A stretch of 64,000 nucleotides of DNA from Paraspadella gotoi (lineage: Eukaryota; Animalia; Chaetognatha), in assembly GCA_051294375.1 (NCBI GenBank), contig JBJCIZ010000239.1:1692581-1756580 (forward strand), in the 5' to 3' direction. The notes under the pieces were generated by a model. That model searched no databases. It was not told the origin of the DNA and saw only the letters and a list, made by a program, of their open reading frames with translations. A program made the translations under genes and the position numbers. Positions 24,084 through 38,700 of this stretch are shown here, one piece after another (the first letter of the stretch is position 1; the number at the start of each line of letters is the position of its first letter).

Positions 24084-25075
24084 CGTCGTTGTTTTGATTT
24101 TTTTTTAAACTATTGTTTTGTTAGTTTCTTTTTGTTTTTAAAGTTCGTTGTTTTTATGTCTTTTGATTCGCAATGCACAAATAAATATAAGAGTGTCGGG
24201 ATCAAGAGTCGAACCCGACACTTTCGGGCGAAGGCCCGCCGTTAAGACTTCGTCGCCACTTCATGGCGGTGGAATGAGATTTTTTTTTAATATTACGACT
24301 GTCGGTAAAAAAAATAACAAAAAATAAAATATCGTAAAAATATAATAACGGAAAAGATTTAACATTTGAAAACAAGTTTAAGAATACAATGACAGTTCTG
24401 CCTACGATAATTTAGCGGGAGGAAGTTAATCAGATGGTAAGTAGTGATAAACTTTCCGATTTTTGGATCGTAACAAATCGTAACAATTTCTTAATAAATT
24501 AATAAAGATATCATTCAATCAATTGAGCAATCAATCATATAGCAAAAATTATAGTTATAGTCTTCCCATCGTCTCTTTACGATCACTTTCTATTCTTTCT
24601 ATTCGATTTTCGAAAAAAAAAAATTTTTCCTCACCAAAACGCCATAACGAATTATTACAATCTTAAGTCGCTAATCTAACAAACAATAAATCTCTCAATC
24701 TCATTTACATATTGCAGTATTAAATCTGAATGTGTCCAATTTCATTTTGGATTTTGATATTAGTTCTGTTTCATGGTTTTTTTAGTAGCTAAATATAGTC
24801 TTTAGCAATGTTAATGATTAACATAAGTCATAGAAATATTTAAACTAATTAATTAATAATAATTTAACATTTTATGACTTATACCCTCGTATATTTATTG
24901 CTAATAAGGGACGGACGGATAGACAAATGGACGGATGGACATAGCATAATTTATTACAATTCGATATTCTGATATGATCTAATTTTCCAACAAGATTTTG
25001 GGGTGGGACCGACGGACCGACAGAGTGGATTATATAGTCGCGATCTGCGTTAAGCGAAGCATCGACAAGAAAACT

Positions 25076-28000
25076 TCATCGGACTCCGTCATTCTCTTTA
25101 TCGCTCCCTTCTTGAGCTCCGCCCTCCTCAACGCCCTCCTCATCTTCTTCCTCCTCTTCCTCATCCTCCTCGTCCAACACGTCCGTCAAAAACAGCGCCA
25201 CCCTCCGGCGCGAGGCGAAGAGCACGCAGCAGACTTTTCTCGATCCGCTGACGGCGATGGCGGCCGCCGCCAGGTTGTTCAGAGTCTTTTCGTAGAGGCG
25301 GCGCTCGTCCGTCCTTTCTAGGGTCACGTGACCAGGAAGCGGCGCCCTGTAGACGACGGCGCCGCTCGCGTCCGGCGCCGGAGAGATGGGTCGGGAATCC
25401 TCGATGAGATCGGCGACGCGGAGTTGGAAGAGACGGGAGGCGCCGTCTTCTGGTCTGGGGTCTCGGAGGAGGAGAGTAAAAGCGTCTTGATCGTAGGCGC
25501 GGAGGTCCGCCACTTTGGCTGATTTCGTGGCGCCGGCCTCGGCAACTTCGGCGTCGGCGGAGTCGTCGTCTTCATCTTCGGAGCAGTAGCCAAACTTGAC
25601 CCTGACGAAACGCGGGGCGCGTTCTCTGGCGTCGTCGAGGCTTCGATTTACGACGCAGACGGCGTCGTCGTCGTCTTTCCAAGCGAGAAACGTTTCGTGA
25701 TTGGCCGGACGTGACCACTGCACCGTCATTGGCTGAAGAATTAGGGAAAAGAAAAGAAGGAAACGCTAATGAAATTGGTACAACCAATCTTGACCCTGGC
25801 TTTGGATAGGCTATGGTGGTTTAAGGCCTTTCAAGCTTTCAATAAAGACTCTCACAGTCTTGTTTTATTCACTACCTAGTTTTTCTATTCATGATTAGCA
25901 ATCTTACAGTATAATATTTCAAATTGTGCTTCAATTGGAATATGGAAGTTGTTTTTTGATCCCAAATAAATCCTCACCTCGTCACCGGCCGCGCGGCCGC
26001 GACGCCGCTTCATTTCCAGAGTGAGATCGGGCGCGAAGGAGGCGCCGATGACGGCGCCGGGGTCCATGAGGGCGTCGTGGAAGGCGTCGAGAAAGACCTC
26101 GTTGAGAGTGAGGATGGAGTGGGTGGAGAAGGAAGGGAAGACGGGGAGAGAGTCGGCGATCGATTCCGAGACAGAAGGATCCTAAGAAAAAGTTTAGTAT
26201 TCACGATATTGTAAATATAATCAAAATTCGAGCTACTTTTTAATCTTAATCTCATTAGAATCCTACGAAGGTTTTGTCTTAAAGATGGAACCCACCAGAG
26301 ATTCTAGAAAGACGCCCCACAAGCTGTTCTTCTCAGGAGTGGGAAAAGACAACGGTTCGTCTTTGAGGTATTGACCCACGCGTTCCAAACGAAATCCGGT
26401 CTTGCTCGCTCCTGTCACGAACAAAAGACGAGACTCATTTCTGACTTGTCCAAATAAGAAAAGTAAATGTTAATTTTTTTTTTTTTTTAAACCTTTTTTG
26501 GATGCGGAGGCAGGAGCGACGCCGGGTTCGGCAGCGGTGGCGGCGTCGTCGCCATCGTCGATGTCGCCGCAAAAGTTTTCGTTGAGAAATTCGGCGACGA
26601 AGGCGACGTCTCTCATGCTCATTTTCCCCAACTCGGGAGGGACGGCTTCTTCCGAGAGACGTTGGATGGCCACGTAAAGCCTGAGAAGTTTAGTTTAGTT
26701 TTAAAAGTTATTGTGTTTAGGTATTTATTGAGATTAAAGACGAAGTATTTTGCATCAATGATTATAATTAAATCAATCGTTGATGCAAAAGACTTCGTCT
26801 TTAATCTCAATAAAGTTATAATAGAAACGATTCTAACTGATATGAGTTGTTTGTAAAAGTCGTTCACAGAAAGGTAATGCAGTCTTTAAAATTTTACGAA
26901 ACATTTCGATTCAGACCCAACTAAAAATGTCCTGTGACAATTTCGCCGCGGATATATATCAATACAATATGCAGTGTGTAATGCTTGGGTATTGGGCAAT
27001 ACAATTTCAGTGGCATATAATATATGATATTACTGTTAATATTAGCAACACGATTTACAAAAATTATTGAGGCCGAACCAAACGTAAACTAACCACGAAA
27101 AAAACGCCTTGAAGTTGTTCAGCGACGAGTCGATGGCCTGCTGAAGTTCGCAAGATTTGAGAAAGCATCCGCCGGCGACGTTCAACGCGCGGAGACACTT
27201 GGCCGGGTCCAGCCCCACCTCGCCGAATCTGTCCTCCCACAAGGCCATGCCGCGCAGGTCGGCCAGATGGTAGACCAACGCCTGACAAACCGTCTGCAGG
27301 TTCTTCAGCACGAGCTTCTGGATGTTGGCGTAGCTCGACTCGATCGAGTGGGCCAGTTTCTTGAGGCCTTTGGCCGTGAGGTTGTGGAGGAGGAAGCCGA
27401 CGAGCTCGTCCGAGCGCGACGCCGAAGAGGAGGAGCTCGAGGAAGTCCACTCCTGGGGAGGGGAGAGGGAGGGGGGGGGGAAAAGAGGAGGGGAAAATAG
27501 GAGGAAGAGGGGGAGAAGAGGAAAAGAATAGGGGAGAAAGAGGAGGAGGAGAAAAAAAAGAGAAAAAAAAGATGAGAAGAAGAAGAAGAAGAAGAAGAAG
27601 AAGAAGAAGAAGGCGAGGTGGAGGTAAAAGAGAGGAAGGGGAAGGAGAAGGGGAGGTCAAAATAAGAAATCTTTTAAAAAAAAAAACCCAATCTCTCCAA
27701 AGTCCTTAATCGACAGACTTACCCAAAGATCCTCCTCCCGACCGTCGCTTCTCCTCGGCGAACATCAAAAGCTTCTCGTCCATGTCCTGCAGAATGTCTT
27801 CCCACGCCTCGCTCATCAGCTTGAGAGTCCCGTCCATGTATTCCCGCAGGGCCAAGACGTGACCGTATCGCAGCGCCAGGGTGCGGATCTCTCGGCGCCG
27901 GCGGACGAGGAGGGGCGTGGCGAAGGTGAGGAGGCGGAGGCGGAGGACGACGCCGTCCGGAGTCTCGGAGGCGACGTCGGGTTCCTCCGTCTCGACGACG

Positions 28001-30291
28001 ACGGAAAGATCGCGGAGATCCTTTAAATGGGGGAGGGACGATTTAATATTGGTATTTATAACGGTTAATAAATTAAACGGCTGCCTAATTGTTTTAAAAA
28101 ATACACGTAATGAGGAATGTTTATTGAACAAGGTTTCTATATGAGACTACAGACATTGAGTTCAATATTTCTACATAGTTTTTTTTTAATCCTCTCATTT
28201 AATTCAAAACGTTGGTAATGTTTGTAATTTTGTATCTGGTATTATCCATTTCTATGGATTTTTAAATAAATTAAAAAAAAAAAAACAACCGACGATTACC
28301 TGCGACACGCTGGCGTCGACGACTCTCTTCAACCGTTCGCTCGCGTTCAAAACGCCGTCGGGAAAAACGATCTCTCTGCTCCCGATCGGGCAAAGACCGT
28401 AGGCGAACAGTTGAACCTAAAACGAACAATTTTTAAAAGTTAATACGAAAATAATTAACAATTAAATCAAAAAACTAAAACCCCCCCCCCCAAAAAAAAA
28501 TGAGAACCTGATTCCTGCCGAAACCGGCGGTGAGGACGTTGAGCTTCTTCTGTCCCCTGATCCTCTTCCCGTCGTCGACCTTCTCCGGCGGCGTCTCCTT
28601 CTTCGTCGCCAGATTCCCTTGATTCTTGGCGAGACTCGAGAGTTTCTGAAGGAAGAGTTGGAAGTCGTCGGGGACGAGGTCTTCGTCGTCGTCGTCGGCG
28701 TCGTCGTCGGCGTCGTCGTCGAGTGCGGAGGAACGGCGCTTGGACTCGTCGGAGGCGTGGGAGATTTCGATCCACTCCAGACTAGAGATGGCGACGCGGG
28801 TGCGGTCGGGAGTGGCGGTGGCGTCGCCTGTTGGAAGGGGAAGTGAAAAATGGTGACAATTAAATCATTAATTAATAATTATTTAGCTATTAATGGAACC
28901 ACAAATAAACATGATCATTTAATAATGTAAAATAATAATATTAAACCTTTAAGGTAATAGAATAAAAATTTATCAAAGCTTAATCAGAATACGACAATAT
29001 GCAAATGAGATTGAGGAACTCGATCTCATTTCAGACAATTCACAAATTAATCTGCTACAGGTTATGGCAACGGCCGGGTTGCCTGTGTGATGCCCATTGG
29101 GACGGGGCATCTCACTGTTGGCTTTGGGGGCTTCCGACCCTCAGTGACGCATCCATTCACTGGCGCGGTTACCCTAGGACGGTCTCGCTTTGCCAACGCA
29201 GAGGGAAGTCGTTAGGATTATGGATGGAACACTACGCCTGGGATGGTGTGTTCCCCCTTTGAGTCAATGGTATTGGCTGAACGATGGTGGACGTGAGGCG
29301 ATGTGAATATACCGCCACAGGGTCTATATATATTGGTATCTTAATCTCATTGAAGTAACTTTTGAATAGAACGTTGTCATCGTGTCGAAAATTTCAAATT
29401 TCATAGTTTGACAGGATCGGATAAAACAAATTATACAACCAAATTATTTTTTAATATTGACAACAAAAAGCGCCCCCCATGTTAGATTTTATCGATTTTT
29501 AAAAAAAAATTAATTGCCATTTCTTAATGACTCTCTTGACTTCGTGGTTTTAAAATAATCCACTTTTTTTTTTGGCCTGGAACGAAACGAAACCAAAAAA
29601 CTACCCCCCCCCCAAATCCTCACCCCCTTCCATTTCCGGTTTCGCCTCCATCGTCCCCCTCAACGCGTTCTCGTGGGTGAGGCTCGCGTCCTCGACGTCG
29701 ACCAAAGCGACGACTCCGGAATCGTAGCCGACGGCGAGGATTTTGCCGTCCGGGCGCCAGGCCAGCGCCGTCGCCCGCGCCTCCGCCGCCTCCTCGGGCG
29801 GGCGAAGCGTCCAGACTCTCTGCCAGGAGAGGCGGTGAAGGGCGACTTCGCCGGAGGCGAGAGAGACGGCGATGAGATCCATCTTTGGCGACCATCTCAT
29901 CAACTCCACCTATTCGGACGTAATTTTTTTCTCATGTGAAAAAAAAGGAATTCGAAAAATCTTATTTGCATACTGCAGAAAGAGAGTTGGGCGACTTCCT
30001 GACATGCTATTCCGATCGTCGTTATTAATTATCGTTGTAAAAAGCAACTATATAAAATATATAACATTATATATAATTAGAGAACCTTTAAGAATATTTA
30101 AGTACGTATTTCCTCTGTTTCATGCCTATGAAAACAAACCTAAAGTCCCCTGAATAAGAGAACGAACTTTTATTATGAGTAGTAAAGCCCATTTCGCATC
30201 ACTAAAATCGTTCTGCTGTGTCGTTTACCAATGATACCTCGCTGGAGAGATGCTTTTCCTCGATTCGACGAAAGAAATTCGACTCCGGCAT
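25076..30291 (-). CDS. ANAPC4: Anaphase-promoting complex subunit 4, about 10 exons
   Basis: Exon 1 (30238-30291) MPESNFFRRIEEKHLSSE|VELMRWSPKMDLIAVSLASGEVALHRLSWQRVW..LAWRPDGKILAVGY; MSEAWEDIL; FRLERVGQYL; AVSGSRKVCCVLFASRRRV. One apparent 1-bp frameshift near 27415. Confidence 0.92.
29061..29320. mobile_element. SINE-related dispersed repeat in ANAPC4 intron
   Basis: GC-richer island sharing tatggcaacgg..tgtgtgatgccc..ggcatctc with 17642-17690. Confidence 0.4.
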
Positions 30292-30780
30292 TTCGAATTA
30301 GAGTTTATTCCAAACGTAAAATTAAATCGGAATCTTCATCTTTTATATCTAAAAATGGCACTATTATATGTTGCAAAGGGACCACCAAAAAAAAGACGAC
30401 TAACAATAAAAATAAGTATAACATCACAGAAAAATGTAAGAAAAAAGAAAAACCGGATTAATATTGAGTAAAAACTAGAGAGACGATTAGTCTGCTTTTA
30501 AAAGCAAATCCATCACCCGATGAAAAATAAATGGCAGACTAAGTTTTTTTGGACATTCTAGCCTCGAAATAACTAAGCGGGGGCAGGGGGGGGGGAAGGA
30601 AGAGGGGGTGTATAACTATAAGTTCGCGCTTTTGAGAAAACTAGCGGAAGAGGTTTTTTCTCCGTTTAGTGATTGCTAAGGAATAGTCAGAATCGGGGAC
30701 TTTCTGTTTTTTTATTTGTTTTTTTTTCGTTGTAAAAACCCACCACAACCTCCGAAACGTAATTTTCAGTAAAAAAAAAA

Positions 30781-31073
30781 TCAGGATACGATACGAAGAC
30801 TCCAAAGTTGTTCGTCATCTTCGGCGCAAATGGTCAGATCGAGAAAAGACTCGGCCTCCTCCGCGGGGGCGACTCGTTTAAGGCACTTTCCGGCCGAGGG
30901 GCTGTAGATCCGGCCCCTAAGACCGCGAGTCTGGTCGCCGATTCGGTGCCAGACCCATTCTTGCGGACCGCCGTTGGCGTGGCACTTGAGAAGACCGGGG
31001 GGATTCGAAAGGTCGAAGCGCATTTGCTTATGCTTCATGAGGCTGGGGAAGGAAAAGAGGGATATTATTGAAT

Positions 31074-31133
<60 letters not shown>

Positions 31134-34062
31134 AATGGTATATGACAACCCTGTCTGGGTCACCTCACCTAAACCCCGCTTCGGCGTCCAGGCAAAACGT
31201 TCCCCCCAACATAAATTCGTTCTTGTCCGTGTAGATCCACAATTTTCTCTTAGTGATTCCCCCACGCGGGAGTCCGTTCCCAACTTCCGGGCACGCCCCC
31301 AACGCCAGACCCGCCGCCTTTTTCGAGGGGCGTTTCTTGGCGGCGGGATCGGCGACGAGGTCTTGCATCGAGACGCAGAAGCCCGACTCGGAGCGGAGGA
31401 GGCCCATTGGAGACGGGCGCGGTTTAGCGTCGGGGTTGTTGACTTAAGTAATAAAATTTAAGGAAATGATTTGCAAAAGTCGACAATTACATTACCATCC
31501 TCAACATTCAATAGCCAAATCAAAACGTAGACACCTCAGTCAACAAACATCTGATCACCACTACATAATCAAAAAGAAGAAAAGCATTTGAATATAAACA
31601 CTAAAGAAACAAATAATTCAAAAAAAAAAAGCTCAAAACACTCACTCGGCGCCACCGGGACTTGTTCCCGATTGTGCAGCCGTAGCGGGTAAACGTTGTT
31701 GAGATACCAATCGAAAGATTTGCAATTTAATCTCCGGCGCAAAGCCATTCTGTCGGAGACGTCGCCCGAGTCGGTCGACCGCGCCGCGGGTCGAGTCTCG
31801 AAGAATCTGGTTATTGAGTTGAGATAATTTATCGTTTAGTCCCAAGGTTTATCACTTCCCCTTTCCTTAAAACGTGATAAATATTAATGAGAGCAATCCG
31901 CCCTCTTTCCGCCTCCTACTTTTCAATGTAATCGTCCATCCAAACTCTCGCCGCCCTCAAAGAGTTGTAGAGATTCGTGTCCTGACCGTCGGGGGAACCG
32001 TAAGGGCGTCGTTTTCGAAATACGTGGCCGACGCGGGAGCAGGGAATGATCTCCAGGCTTCCTCCGCACTGAATAGAGGAGGGGGCAACGATTTCTAAAC
32101 AACTGACAATTTTTCTCCGACTTCGTTTACTCTTATTGCAATTTGCATATTGCAGTATGAATAAAACGTCACTTTTCGCCTAGTCTACTACTTGTGACTG
32201 AAGGTACTTAACAGAAATAAATAAATAAAATTGCTACGTTTCAGGGAAAAGTTTATGGAAAACGTCTTGATAATGTCTGATGTCGCACTAAAGAGGGGAG
32301 AACAAAAATAAACGTTGGAGCGTCGAGTCTTTCGACGCCCGACGATATAATTATGCCAAAAGAGTAATCAGAAAATCCGGCAGCTGGCGGCTTCGCTGGT
32401 TAAAATTTAGCATACTGTGTGCCAGATCTGGCATAATTTCAGACTGATTAGCCAATATTATTTGGCATATAGCATACAATCTGGCATATTCAAAATATGA
32501 AAAAAAATTTAGATTTTCTAATCTACAGTATTGGACAAAGTATGAAAAACACCTCCTCTGGCAATATAAATCTGTATTAAATATGCTATTTGCTTATTTT
32601 ATTATTTATTTCTTTGATAACAATCATGTTAATTCCTATTACAATTGACCAGGAACGGATAGCTAGCATTTATTCAATAAAGCCAAAGTATTTGTTTAAT
32701 ACAGATTTTCCTCCGAGATGCTTGTGTAGTTCTGTAATACTACTAATAGCATGTTAAAGCAACTTTACAAGTGCAAGACACTATGGCGTCAGTTGGTTGG
32801 ATCGGACACAGGACTTGACTGGTTATATGGCTCATCGCTTAAGCAATTCCCAAAAAGTCTTTTTTTGTTTTTATCTGTCAAAATGATTTTTCATCGGCTC
32901 TAATAATAATCATTTCTCTTTACTCTTGTAACAGTTTTGCTTTAAATTAGCTAAAAGATAATGTGACATAATATTTAGCATAGTAAGAAAAAATCTAGCT
33001 ATTTTTAGCATAATTTAGGGCACTATCTCGCACACGTTTTTTCTGCAGCGTTTTAACCAGAGGCCGGCGTACCTGCCAAGTGCGAAAGGAGATTTCAAGA
33101 TTTTCCCCGCCCCAGACGTTCATCCCCCGGTCGTACGAGCCGATGTCTAAACAGTAAACAATATTGAAGAGAGTATATATAATTATATATATATACATAA
33201 GACAATGTAAAGAAGGCTTCATATTAGAAAATGATACACCGTTTTTTCGAGCGAGAATTAAGGTTAACTAGTTCTTTAGTTGTAATAAATACATTTTTCA
33301 GGATGAAAAAACGTCTTTGCAACTGTTCAAAACTGAAGAATTCCAAAAAAGATTTTGACCATTTCTCTCCCCTGTGGGTGACCCCCATGGGGGTCCAAAT
33401 CTCGGCTTAAGGGTCAAATATTGAAATTCGCCTCGATAGTTCTATTTATATTCCCTTAAGGATCCTATATACACGGGGTATTATTTTCTAATATGAAGCC
33501 TTCTGTAGACATTCCGACGCCACCTTTGAAGTATCTGCGGTCGACGGCGAAAAGACCTCCGGCCATCGTCGGCGTCGGGATGGGTTTGACGTAATCCAGC
33601 GTCGTCCGCAAGAGTTCCCCGGGCACGGGGTCCCATTTGAAGTGGAGGCCCCAGTTGAAGCCGCCGCGCACCAAGGGCGAGGAAGTGTATTTGAAGGTGT
33701 CTGCGCCGCGGGAAAGGAATGGTAATTTGTAATCGCATTAATCTTAACGGTGAGTTAGCTAATTACATGTATTTAAGTTAAAAGACCGGAATTGATAACG
33801 TCGATGATGGGCACGACGATGGCGCGGGGATTCTCGGCGATCCGCGACAGCAGCGGCTCCAACCACTGGACGTTGACCTCGACGTGGCTGTCGAGAAAGA
33901 CTATGACGCGGCCGCGAGCCTTTTCGGCTCCCAGCAGCCGGGCCCGAATGAGGCCCTCGCGACGTTGGGTTCGGTGGAGGGAGACTTTCTTCAGTTGGGC
34001 GGAGACGTAGTCTTGGAGAGGACGGCGGAGGTGGGGCATCTCGCTGGGGTTGAAGGGGGAGG

Positions 34063-34143
<81 letters not shown>

Positions 34144-35518
34144 AGCGAGCGAATTAACTATTTTCACAGCTCAAAAACAAAAAACCTATCAGATTCTTAC
34201 CTAAAGTCGTCGATGAGAATAATTTCTTCTATCAGCGACGAAGGAGACCTGAAGGAAAACCAATTTGAAAAATAAATATAACGTTAAATATTAATATTTA
34301 TTTATAGTATTTAATAATAATAATTAGAATAAATCTCTCGCCTGTCGAGAACGGAATGGACGGATCGTAGCAACGTCGACCAAGCTTCGTTATAGAAGCA
34401 AATGACGACGGACACGGAAGGGAGGGAATTGACGGGCGGGGAGGGACGACTCTTGCACAGTGGATTTCTAAAAAAAAACATGATATTAAATATATATATA
34501 TATTATTTAAACGAATCATTTTAAATTAATGAAAAGATGAATTGAGACGACTGAAAACCAAACCACCCCTCTCCCTTGTAAACACCTCGTGTCCGGCACG
34601 GAGCGATGGAGACTGAGTCTGTCGCTGATGAGCTGATTGAAGGCGTGCTGCCGCATCCCTTCCTCTCGCCGTTGCTGATCCGCAGAGTTCATGATCATCC
34701 CCACGTCGGTCGACGGGGAGGCCACCTATCAATAACTTATTATCGTTAACAAACAATACAATCGTTTAGTTAAATTAACTTTTAGATCCTTACCCAGTCT
34801 TCGTACTTCATGATGTCCATCTTTCCCTTTCTCACGCCGCCGCCTCCGACGCCGCCGCCTTCTCCCCGCCGCCCCTCCGCCCGGCGCCGAGCCTCCGCCC
34901 GCCGCCGTTCCGCCTCTCTGGTCTCCAGCGCCTTCATCCGGGCCAACTTCTCTCTCTCCCTCTTTTTTTCGTTTTGAGGAGAGAGTTTGGGATCCTCGGG
35001 CAAGATGGCGTTCTCGGATTCGTCGTCGGTCGGGTAGGCGGGAAGGACGCGTCTGCGTTTGCATAAAGTTATGTTAATTTTTTTAAAAATTTTAAATGTA
35101 TTTTCTTTACTAAGCCTTTGTTCCCATATGACAAGGTTCGTTATTTTTCCCATATGACCATGGAATTGGAAAAAAATTCCGCCGATAAAAGTACGATGTT
35201 GTCTACTTCAATGATTTTAAATTTTACTTTTCTATCTATCTTCTTCATCTCCGCCAATTTTCCCACACTCGCTCTCATTCATTCATTCATTAATTCTCTC
35301 TCTCTCACCCACCTAAACTCCCTCGACTCCCTGGCGATAAACCGGTGTCGTCTCGGCTCCCGATTCGGCGCCGAGTCTTCTAACCTCCGACGAAGTCGTC
35401 CTTCGTCCACGTCGAGAATGACGTAGACGAAGACGCCGATCCAAAGGATCGAAGCGACGACGCATCCGTAGCAGAACCAGCGCGTCGTCGCGCGGCGCCC
35501 GAAGATGCGCGGCGTCAT
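30781..35518 (-). CDS. GALNT11: Polypeptide N-acetylgalactosaminyltransferase (GALNT11-like), about 12 exons
   Basis: N-terminal TM ([13 protein letters not shown]); [10 protein letters not shown]; [24 protein letters not shown]; [21 protein letters not shown]; [13 protein letters not shown]; PTMAGGLFA; [11 protein letters not shown]; C-terminal ricin lectin domain. Confidence 0.9.
34068..34139. repeat. (GA)n microsatellite in GALNT11 intron
   Basis: Direct observation. Similar (GA)n at about 59539-59594 and (TA)n at about 31076-31127. Confidence 0.95.
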
Positions 35519-35788
35519 CGCGGGCGGAGTGGTGGAGGGGGGAGTCCGAAGGCCTTGGACTGGGACATCCTTGGGGTTTTTTTTGTCCAATGGACAAGAC
35601 TTTTTTGGTTTTTTTTTAGGTCTTTATTGTCACGAATGTATACATAATAAGAACAAAGAATTTAAATTTTCGTTGACATGATTCTGGAAAAACAAATATC
35701 AAAGGGGATGAGACAGAAATCAAGGAAATGATGCGACGGTTTGGAAAGGGGAAAAAAGGGGGGGAAGAGAAAAGGGGGAGGAGTAGAG

Positions 35789-38700
35789 TTAAGAAGCGAC
35801 GTGAAGTTTGGACAAATGTTCATAGGGGACGGATCTTAACGTCTTCCCTTTCGACGGTCCAGTTTCGAGTCTAACGCAGCAACAAAACTCTTCCTCTTTT
35901 AAGTCTGTGAGAATCGCCTCGCGTCCGCGGTGCTCGCCTCGGAGGAGCATCACTGGACGGCCGATTGCGGGGATCACCGTTTCCACGTGGGCTTGATCGA
36001 TCTTCATCTGTTGGGGGAGAAAAAAATTTGATGATTAGTTAATATATATATTCGTTTAACAACTTTTTAACAAAATATTTCGATGGGAATGGAGAATAGA
36101 ACCGTTACTATCGACCGATAGAATTTCTCGCTATTTTCAAAAACTAAGAGTAAAGTTCTCGGAATATCAAGCCTTCCATTTTCTTCCCCCAAATGTCTCA
36201 AAACCGAAGCAGCGGGCGCGTGGCGCCGATTCGCACCGGTCAATCCGTCAACCGCGCCACTCTCAGTCTCGGCGGCACGCTGACGTCCCTCGACACTGGC
36301 CCGAGCCCTTCCCGCCCGCCCAGCGTTTACTCGAACCCCAGCGTGGCACGATCGGGCAACTCGCTGCAATCTCTCGAGACGCTGACGTCGACCAAGACGA
36401 CGCGGAGCCACGGCGACGGGACGCCGGTGCTGTGGGACCTGGCGTTGCAGCGGCTGAGGGAACGAGAGCCAGACGGCGACAAAGAGACGACGATCCTGGT
36501 GATCGGAGATCAAGGGGCGGGAAAGACGACGATCGTCAATCAATACTTGGAGCGGAAAGAGACGGGGCCGACGAGAGAGACCGTCGGCATAGAATGCAAT
36601 TTCGGTCGTCGGCTCCAACTGGGCAAACCGACGAGGGACGTGGCTCAATTCTGGGAAATCGGCGGCGGGCTGCCGTCGATGCCTTTGATCGAGGTTCCCT
36701 TGGCGGCGGAGAGGTTGGGGCGGACGGTGGTGGTTCTCGTCTTGGATCTCTCGACGCCGAAGAGAGCGTGGGGCGTCGTTGCCAAGTATCACGCGGAAAT
36801 CGTTAAGAGGATCGAAGCGCTGGGCGTCACGGGAAAGACGAAAGGTGAGGAATGAAAATGGGTAAGATGAAAACTGAGAACTGATTCCTGTTAAAGTCTT
36901 GAGCTGAAACCCGAAAAATCGAGATAATTCAATGATTTGAAACAAATTTGCTACAAATAACAGCAGCCATGACGGAAAGAGTGAGGATGTTGTTTCAAGA
37001 CGCGACTCCGAACGAAGAGTCGCCGGAGGACAGATGCCCCAGCGGGTTGCCCATCATCATTGTCGGAAATAAATACGACGAATTTCAGGTCAATTATAAA
37101 TGTATAATCGCTAAATGAATAATGAAATTTATATTAAAATATATTGTGTCTTTCGCAGAAATTTCCCATCGATGAGAAGAAATTTTTCTGCGGGTGCCTT
37201 CGTCTCTTGAGCCTCTACTTCGGAACGGCGCTCATCTTCACGGATCACAAAGCGTCCAATTTGATCTCTCGTCTCAAATCTTACATCAGTTTTCTCAGCT
37301 TCGATCACGCGCTGCCGATCGGGATCGAACTCGATACGCGAAAACCATTAATTATTCCCTGGGGGAAAGGTAAAACTAAAAAGTCTGTATTGAAATAGAT
37401 TCTTAGAATATTACTAAATGAGGCTGAATTCAAAAATATCATTTGCATACATTAGTAAACTTCCAAATCCCATCGGCTATTTTCTGTTATAATATATGGA
37501 CTATATTTGGATTTTACGGTGCTATTCTATATTGTTCAGTGGTCTAAATTATTTGTAGATAATTAAGTGATACGTTAGAATAATTACGACTGATCATAAA
37601 GAGCTTATCTCTAAACTTTATCTTTAAACCCGATCCCCCTAGACACCTTCGAATCGCTCAGCACTCCCGTCCCGCTCAAAAACTGGCGATACAGTTCGAC
37701 CAAGAAGCGGAACATGTACGACCTCTGGCTTCGCTCCTACGAAGATTACTACGACGTCACCGTGGAGACGACGGTGGGCGTCGCCGACGACGCCGACGAT
37801 CCGACGGCGCTCTTTCCCGAGCAGGAGATCGACGCCGCGAGACGCGTCAAGGAATACGAGTTCGAGAAGTTGAGGAGGGAGAAGGAGAAAATTTGGGAGG
37901 CGGAAAAGTAAGCGACTTCGTTGCTTGTGTATTTTTTAATAATATATAATTATTAACTATTAACTATCTTTATTTTATCGAGCAGAAAACAGAGAGAGAA
38001 GCAAGAAGAGCAAGAGAGGCAGAGGCGTTACATGGATTCGATTCAAACCGATAACGTTCTCGGCGAAGAGGAAGAGTAAGTTGAAACATATTATACAAAA
38101 TTAGCGAAATTAAACATTAAAAATCACGACGCGTCGCAATGACTATTNNNNNNNNNNGTTGAAACATATTATATAAAATTAGCGAAATTAAACATTCAAA
38201 ATCACGACGCATCGCAATGACTATTGTGCGCTCCAAAAAGACGACGCCCCCTCGCCGTCAAATCAAATTGGGCGAAAGAGACGAAGGGCGAACCCATGGA
38301 AACCATCGTGGAGAGATCATCCCTCGATTCGAGGACGCCGATCGAAGACAGCGGTACCGCCGGGCGGACGGAAGGCGCGGCGGAAACCGTCAAGAGGTCT
38401 AGCGCGCCGGCGAACGTGTCGGCCTTTGTGACAGAGAAAAAGAAAACGAACCAGGCGGAAATGGATCGCGGTGGAGGCAAGGATCACGGAATCGTGAAGA
38501 GAAAAGACGAAAGAGGAAAAAAGAAATGAGGAATTGGGGCAAAAAAAGCAAAAAGATCATGAATGAATAGCAGGAGACTTAAAAAGAATTGTCACAATGA
38601 CATGTTTCTGTTCACAATTTGTTGGAAAGAAATTAAACAATATTTTAGTTTCTAAAATTACAATAATCCCGACATTATCCGCCCCTCACAATTAGATCGG

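Noticed and set aside
27405-27425. Frameshift in ANAPC4 suggesting a pseudogene or programmed frameshift
   Set aside because: A single-base indel in an otherwise intact essential gene, in an assembly that shows other indel noise; most likely a consensus error.
29910-30005. ORF MSGSRPT...ITSE ending in an in-frame TAG just before ANAPC4 exon 2, suggesting stop-codon readthrough or reassignment
   Set aside because: The TAG is the splice acceptor. The true exon 1 is 30238-30291 (MPESNFFRRIEEKHLSSE|GT), which matches APC4 and is phase 0.
30230-30237. GTATCATT donor of ANAPC4 intron 1 as a U12-type intron
   Set aside because: It mismatches the strict RTATCCTT consensus and has no clear CCTTAAC branch site.
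38080-38225. Direct repeat of about 65 bp in a DYNC2LI1 intron
   Set aside because: It flanks an N10 gap and is typical of unmerged overlapping contig ends.
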